This document shows positions 58,540 to 64,000 of a stretch of 64,000 nucleotides of DNA, one piece after another; positions within the stretch are counted from its first letter, which is position 1; each line of letters begins with the position of its first letter. Location: positions 868,001 to 932,000 of the forward strand of contig VJWM01000044.1 of NCBI GenBank assembly GCA_010909165.1. The letters run 5' to 3'. The notes beneath the pieces are model-generated. The model was not told the DNA's origin. It did not search any database and saw only the letters and a list, made by a program, of their open reading frames with translations. This DNA comes from Anthoceros angustus (lineage: Eukaryota; Plantae; Anthocerotophyta). A program made the position numbers and the translations under genes.

Positions 58540-60190
58540 AGGACAACACTATCCGGAGGGCGGGTGGAGAGCTCATGTACATACATGGATGTCTCAATGG
58601 AGCAGAAGCGAGGATGTTGCTTGACTTAGCAGCAACACATAATTTCATTTCTCCTAGCAAGGCAAGCAAGCTTGGTTTGACATGGGCTAGTACATCTGAG
58701 TCATGTAGAGTGAAACAAGCTAAAGGAATCTTTGCAACACAGGTGGTGCAAGAAGTGCCGTTGCAGATAGGGAATTGGAATGGAGCAATGAGCTTCACGG
58801 TTGTAGATATGGATGATCATGAAATCATCTTGGGCTTAGAATGGATGAAGGCCAACAAGGTATGTGTGAACGTGGACTCACGCACCATACAGATCTTAGG
58901 AGATGAAGAGCACAAAGTGAGTTGTGCAGTTCTCAAGCAGAGGCTTGGAGACAACATTGATGATATCATCTCTAAGAAAGAGCTCAAACGTTGTGTAAAG
59001 GATGGAGAGGAACTCTTTTTACTTGTGCTGCAAGGACTAGAAGATGGTCTTGAGATGGAGTCTCGAGGCGCAAAGATTCCAAGGAAGTGCAGTCTTGAGG
59101 ACAACACTATTCGGAGGCGGGTGGAGAGCTCATGTACATACATGGATGTCTAAATGGGCGAGCGAGGATGTTGCTTGACTTAGCAGCAACACATAATTTC
59201 ATTTCTCCTAGCAAGGCAAGCAAGCTTGGTTTGACATGGGCTAGTACATCGAGCCATGTAGAGTGAAACAAGCTAAAGGAATCTTTGCAACACATAGGTG
59301 GTGCAAGAAGTGCCGTTGCGGATAGGGAATTGGAATGGAGCAATGAGCTTCACGGTTGTAGATATGGATGATCATGAAATCATCTTGGGCTTAGAATGGA
59401 TGAAGGCCAACAAGGTATGTGTGAACGTGGACTCACGCACCATACAAATCTTAGGAGATGAAGAGCACAAAGTGAGTTGTGCGGTTCTCAAGCTTGGAGA
59501 CAACATTGATGATATCATCTCTAAGAAAGAGCTCAAAGCGTTGTGTAAAGGATGGAGAGGAACTCTTTTTACTTGTCTTGCAAGGACTAGAAGATGGTCT
59601 TGAGATGGAGTCTCGAGGCGCAAAGATTCCAAGGAAGTGCAGTCTTGAGGACAACACTATTCGAGGGCGGGTGGAGAGCTCATGTACATACATGGATGTA
59701 TAAATGGAGCGAGCGAGGATGTTGCTTGACTTAGCGACAACACATAATTTCATTTCTCCTAGCAAGGCAAGCAAGCTTGGTTTGACATGGGCTAGTACAT
59801 CGAGCCATGTAGAGTGAAACAAGCTAAAGGAATCTTTGCAACACAGGTGGTGCAAGAAGTGCCGTTGCAGATAGGGAATTGGAATGGAGCAATGAGCTTC
59901 ACAGTTGTAGATATGGATGATTATGAAATCATCTTGGGCTTAGAATGGATGAAGGCCAACAAGGTATGTGTGAACGTGGACTCACGCACCATACAAATCT
60001 TAGGAGATGAAGAGCACAAAGTGAGTTGTGCAGTTCTCAAGCAGAGGCTTGCTGATATCATCTCTAAGAAAGAGCTCAAACGTTGTGTAAAGGATGGAGA
60101 GGAACTTTTTTTACTTGTGCTGCAAGGACTAGAAGATGGTCTTGAGATGGAGTCTCGGGGCAAGATTCAAGGAAGTGCAGGTCTTGAATG
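58540..60190 (+). repeat. Protease region triplicated (~550-bp units)
   Basis: GGACAACACTAT..GGGTGGAGAGCTCATGTAC recurs at ~58541, 59099 and 59649; copies differ by scattered indels. Confidence 0.9.
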
Positions 60191-60204
60191 AGTTCAAGGA
60201 CTTG

Positions 60205-61345
60205 ATGCGATGAGTTGCCTCCTTTACCTCCTAGAAGAATTGTAGATCATGAGATTGATCTCAAGCCGGAAGTACACGCCTTCAAGGCGCCATATAGATT
60301 ATCGCGGGATGAGCTACAAGAGTGAAGAGACGGATGTCTAACGCTAGCCAAGGACTATGTAAGAATCTCAAAGTCCCCATTTGGTGCGCCAATATTGTTC
60401 ACGCAAGAAGAATGGAGGATTGAGGTATGCTTGGATCTTTGTTCTTAGCTATAACAAAGTGTGACTTTGTTAAGGAAGAGATAGACTTCCTAGGATTCAT
60501 TGTCTCTGCGGATGGTATCGGGATGGATCACGATAAGGTAAAGGTTACAGAGTTGGCTGCCGCCAATGTGCACGAGTGCGTATGTTTTTGGGATTGGCTA
60601 GCGTGTCAGGAAGATTTGTACGATGTTTGCCAAGATTGCGCCCCATTAATCGATCTCTTGAAGAAGGCGAAGGCTTGGAAGTGGGATGATGAATGTCGAG
60701 GGCATTCGAGTTTAAGTTGAAACTCAGACTACCCCAAGATTGGCAATCTATGATCCAAGAAGGATATAGAAGTATATCTTGATGCATGATGAGTTGCCTC
60801 CTCTACGTCCTAGAAGAATTGTAGATCATGAGATTGATCTCAAGCCAGGAAGTACATCGCCTGCAAGAGCGCCATATAGATTATCGCAGGATGAGCTACA
60901 AGAGCTGAAGAGACAGATGTCTAACCTGCTAGCCAAGGACTATGTAAGAATCTCAAAATCCCCATTTGGTGCGCCAATATTGTTCACGCGCAAGAAGAAT
61001 GGAGGATTGAGGTTATGCTTGGATCTTTGTTCTTAGCTATAACAAAGTGTGACTTTGTTAAGGAAGAGATAGACTTCCTAAGATTCATTGTCTCTGCGGA
61101 TGGTATCAGGATGGATCCTGATAAGGTAAAACCATCTGAGTTGGCTGCCTAACAAATGTGCACGAGTGCGTATGTTTTTGGGATTGGCTAGCGTGTAAGA
61201 TTTGTACCGATGTTTGCCAAGATTCATTAAGCGATCTCTTGAAGGAGAAGGCTTGGAAGTGGGATGATGAATGTCGAGGGCATTCGAGTTTACGAGTTGA
61301 AACTCGGCACTACCCCGATGGCAATCTATGATCCAAGAAGGATAT
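60205..61345 (+). repeat. RT/RNase H junction region duplicated (~580-bp units)
   Basis: GATGAGTTGCCTCCT...GATCCAAGAAGGATATAGAAG present twice. Confidence 0.88.
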
Positions 61346-63154
61346 AGAAGTATATCTTGATGCGATATTGCAATTGGTGGAGTGCTCATGCAAGAAGGTA
61401 GGCGGTGGCTTACGAGTCAAGGAAGTTGCATGAACATGAAAGGAAGTACCCCACTTATGAAAGGAGATGATCAGTCATCAATTGTCTCAAGATTTGGAGA
61501 CATTATCTTCTAGGAAGATCTTTTGTCATAGGACAATGTAAGCACGAGCTTCTTTACAAATCAGCTGCAACTAAGCGCAAGACAGGCTAGATGGCAAGAT
61601 TTCCTAGCAATGTATGATGTGTCTATCAAGTACAACCCAGGGAAGGAGAATCTTATGGCAGATGCTTTGAGTCGCAAGCAGAATTTAAGTTTGATAACTG
61701 CTTTTACGCTGAAGAGGCCTAAGCTAGGTGCAACACATATGGTGATTGAGCCAAGGGCACTCACACGCAGATTAAGGAAGCTTATCCGCGAGATCCATTA
61801 GTACAGGATTGGATCAATGAAGTGGAGCAATCGGGATCTAAGTTTAAGCTTAGAAATGGCTTATTGATGTTCAAGCAAAACAGGATTGTGATTCCTGATT
61901 CTCATGTGTTGAGTAGGAAGTTGCTTGCAGAGTGTCATGATGTGCCAAGTGCAGTCATAGAGGAATTGACCCAACTTATGAGAAGTTGAGAAAATCGCTT
62001 TATCGGCTCGAATGTACAAGCATACCGTTGAGTATGTTAAGTCTTGTGTAGAGCCGCCAGGATAAGGTGGAGTAGACAAATCCGAGGTTTGTTGCAACCC
62101 TGCCTATTCAAGTGGGCCTTGGAAAAGTATATCAATGGATTTCATTATGCCATTGCCACCAAGAATGGACACACTATCATGACGGTGGTTGATAGATTCA
62201 AGCAAGCACACTTCATCCCTACAAAGAAGCGGTGAAAGCTCAAGTTGCTCGATTGTTCAAGAAGCATGTATATATGTTACATGGACGCCTATGCATTGTG
62301 AGTGAGAGATCCCAGTTCTGCGAGTTTTGGCAATTTTATGAAGAGCTTAGGAGTGCAATTATGTATGAGCACAACAGACCACCCCGATACGTATGGATCA
62401 ATCAGAGAGGGTGAACAGAATCCAAGAAGAATACTTACGACACTATGTACAGATGGACCAGTGAGACTCGAGCAATCATCTTGAGGATGCATAATTTTGT
62501 TATAATAACACTGTACATAGCTCCACAGGCTACACACCTTTTCGTGATGTAGAAGCAATGGACGTAGTTTCCATGTTGAATGCTGGCGTGTTTGAGACAG
62601 CAGAAGAGAACCATGTGAATTCATTGAGCAGTTAAGGGTCAGGCATGAAGTTGCTAAGAAAATATTGGCCAAGGCTAAGGACAGGCAAAAGAAGTTTGCT
62701 GACAGGCACAAGTTCAAGTAGGTGACAAGGTGTGGGTGAAATTGAAGAATGTTCCACTACCACAAGGGCTGACCTCAAAGTTAAGGCCTAAGTATGGAGG
62801 ACCTTTCGTAGTTTTGAAGTGCATCGGAGATGTGGCTTACAAACTATAGCTACCTAAATGGATCTTCTCTCATAATGTGTTTCATGTCTCTTTGCTGAAA
62901 TCATTTGTGATTTTGAAAGAGAATGAAGATATGAATAAGAAGGATTATGTCATCCTGGTTCAACACAATCAAGGTTTGCTGGAAATTGTTGAATTCCTGG
63001 CAGAGAGAGAAGTTCATCGTCTGGTAATGTACCGGTATCCGTAAGGCTTTGTGGTTATGCAGATCCTATCTGGGTTTGACTTGAAGATGTGCAACAAGGA
63101 TCATGGATGATCTCGCATTACACTGGAGGTCATTGAGGACAATGACATCTTCCT

Positions 63155-63166
63155 AGTGGGGGAGAG
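63155..63166 (+). other. Polypurine tract
   Basis: AGTGGGGGAGAG directly before the 3' LTR. Confidence 0.8.
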
Positions 63167-63848
63167 AGTACGAGTACTAGTGAAATAAGGTAGAAAGGTG
63201 AAAAATTAAAAGAGGTAAAAAGCTAAGTATTAGCTGCCCTATTAAGAAGATGCATGTGTTGCATGCTTCATGCAATCTCCTGTTAGAGAGGAAGTTGCTA
63301 CAACCACAAATGAAGAGCTGCCTAGAGAGGACTCTTAGTGATCGGTGGTCTGTAAGAATCCCTAGATTTAACAGCTGCCTAGTTCAGGTCAGGCTGCGGG
63401 ATATATAAGGGCTAGAGCAAGGGCTCTGAGGAACAAGTTAGACTCACTCTTTGAGAGAGCAGGCAAGTGTGCATTGCAAGCCTTGTGTTGAGAGAGCTGT
63501 GGAGAGCTAGCTAGTGAGCTTGTTGTGGAGTCAAGGTCAGTAGCCAGTTGGGCATAGATAGTCAGATAGGTCAGTAGCCCGTTGGGCATAGATAGTCAAA
63601 TTCCATCGTTGTATTCTTTCAATAAGAGCACCTCGAGGAGGTGGCTGCAGTCGTCATGGATGGCGGGCTACTTGGAGCCTAGTGTAGTGTTGCTTGGAGC
63701 CTAGTCTTTGTGTTGCTTAAGCCTAGTCTTGTGTTGTGAGGTTGAGAGTGCTGAGAATCGAGCAAGTCTCTTGTGGAGTGAATTGGCGAGGTTCTAGACC
63801 CGGAAGCCAACACTTGTCGCTTCCTTCTTGTGCAGCGAGGGTGTTACT
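63167..63848 (+). repeat. 3' or shared LTR (~680 bp, with extra internal duplications)
   Basis: Homologous to the 5' LTR but visibly diverged; ends GTGTTACT. Confidence 0.85.
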
Positions 63849-63852
63849 TGAG

Positions 63853-64000
63853 TGGTATCGGGCGTAGTCCATTCCTCCGAGTGACTAGAGTGCACAAGAT
63901 GGTCAATGAGAAGCGTAAGGAGAGGCTGAAGAAGCGGCGTCTCCGCCGATCATCCGCCTCAATCGCAAGATTCATCATCGTCGGAACAAGAGGAAGTGAG
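63853..64000 (+). mobile_element. Start of a further tandem element copy: PBS and gag (ATG at 63899), running off the window
   Basis: TGGTATCGGGC then ATGGTCAATGAGAAGCGTAAGG. Confidence 0.85.

Larger units (their letters stand above)
56777..63848 (+). mobile_element. Ty3/gypsy chromovirus-like LTR retrotransposon, degraded and internally duplicated
   Basis: 5' LTR, PBS, gag ATG at 57409, protease LLDLAATHNFIS, RT start IDLKPGS..PARAPYRLS..SKSPFGAP..KKNGGLRLCLD, RNase H WQDFLAMYDVSIKYNPGKEN..ADALSR, integrase remnants, FHVSLLK plus degenerate chromodomain, PPT, 3' LTR. Confidence 0.93.

Overview
Gene-dense land-plant nuclear DNA with short GT-AG introns. It is most likely a hornwort (Anthoceros-like). 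This is inferred from the PLS-PPR motif style, a DYW:KP domain ending in GRP, and a WW-type PG box. Gene order: alpha-1,3-fucosyltransferase (-), KNL1 (-), KU70 (-), an intron-bearing CPN20 pseudogene fragment (+), a repeat-rich spacer, ERD15-like (+), histidinol dehydrogenase (-), TRAPPC8 (+), a PLS-PPR DYW:KP-GRP putative U-to-C editing factor (+), a very long PLS-PPR with a truncated DYW (-), Golgi alpha-mannosidase II (+), RPS10 (-), then a scrambled zone and a Ty3/gypsy chromovirus-like element. Top leads: (1) an OSB-type PDF ssDNA-binding motif fused N-terminally to the putative U-to-C editor; (2) LTRs bounded by AGTAAC...GTTACT instead of TG...CA; (3) a recently amplified 56-aa MELT-like module in KNL1; (4) a duplicated compensated frameshift inside PPR motifs. 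The duplications at 41.8-44.2 kb and 52.9-61.4 kb differ from their templates mainly by homopolymer contractions and are probably long-read assembly artefacts. Exon boundaries were read by eye and no database searches were run.
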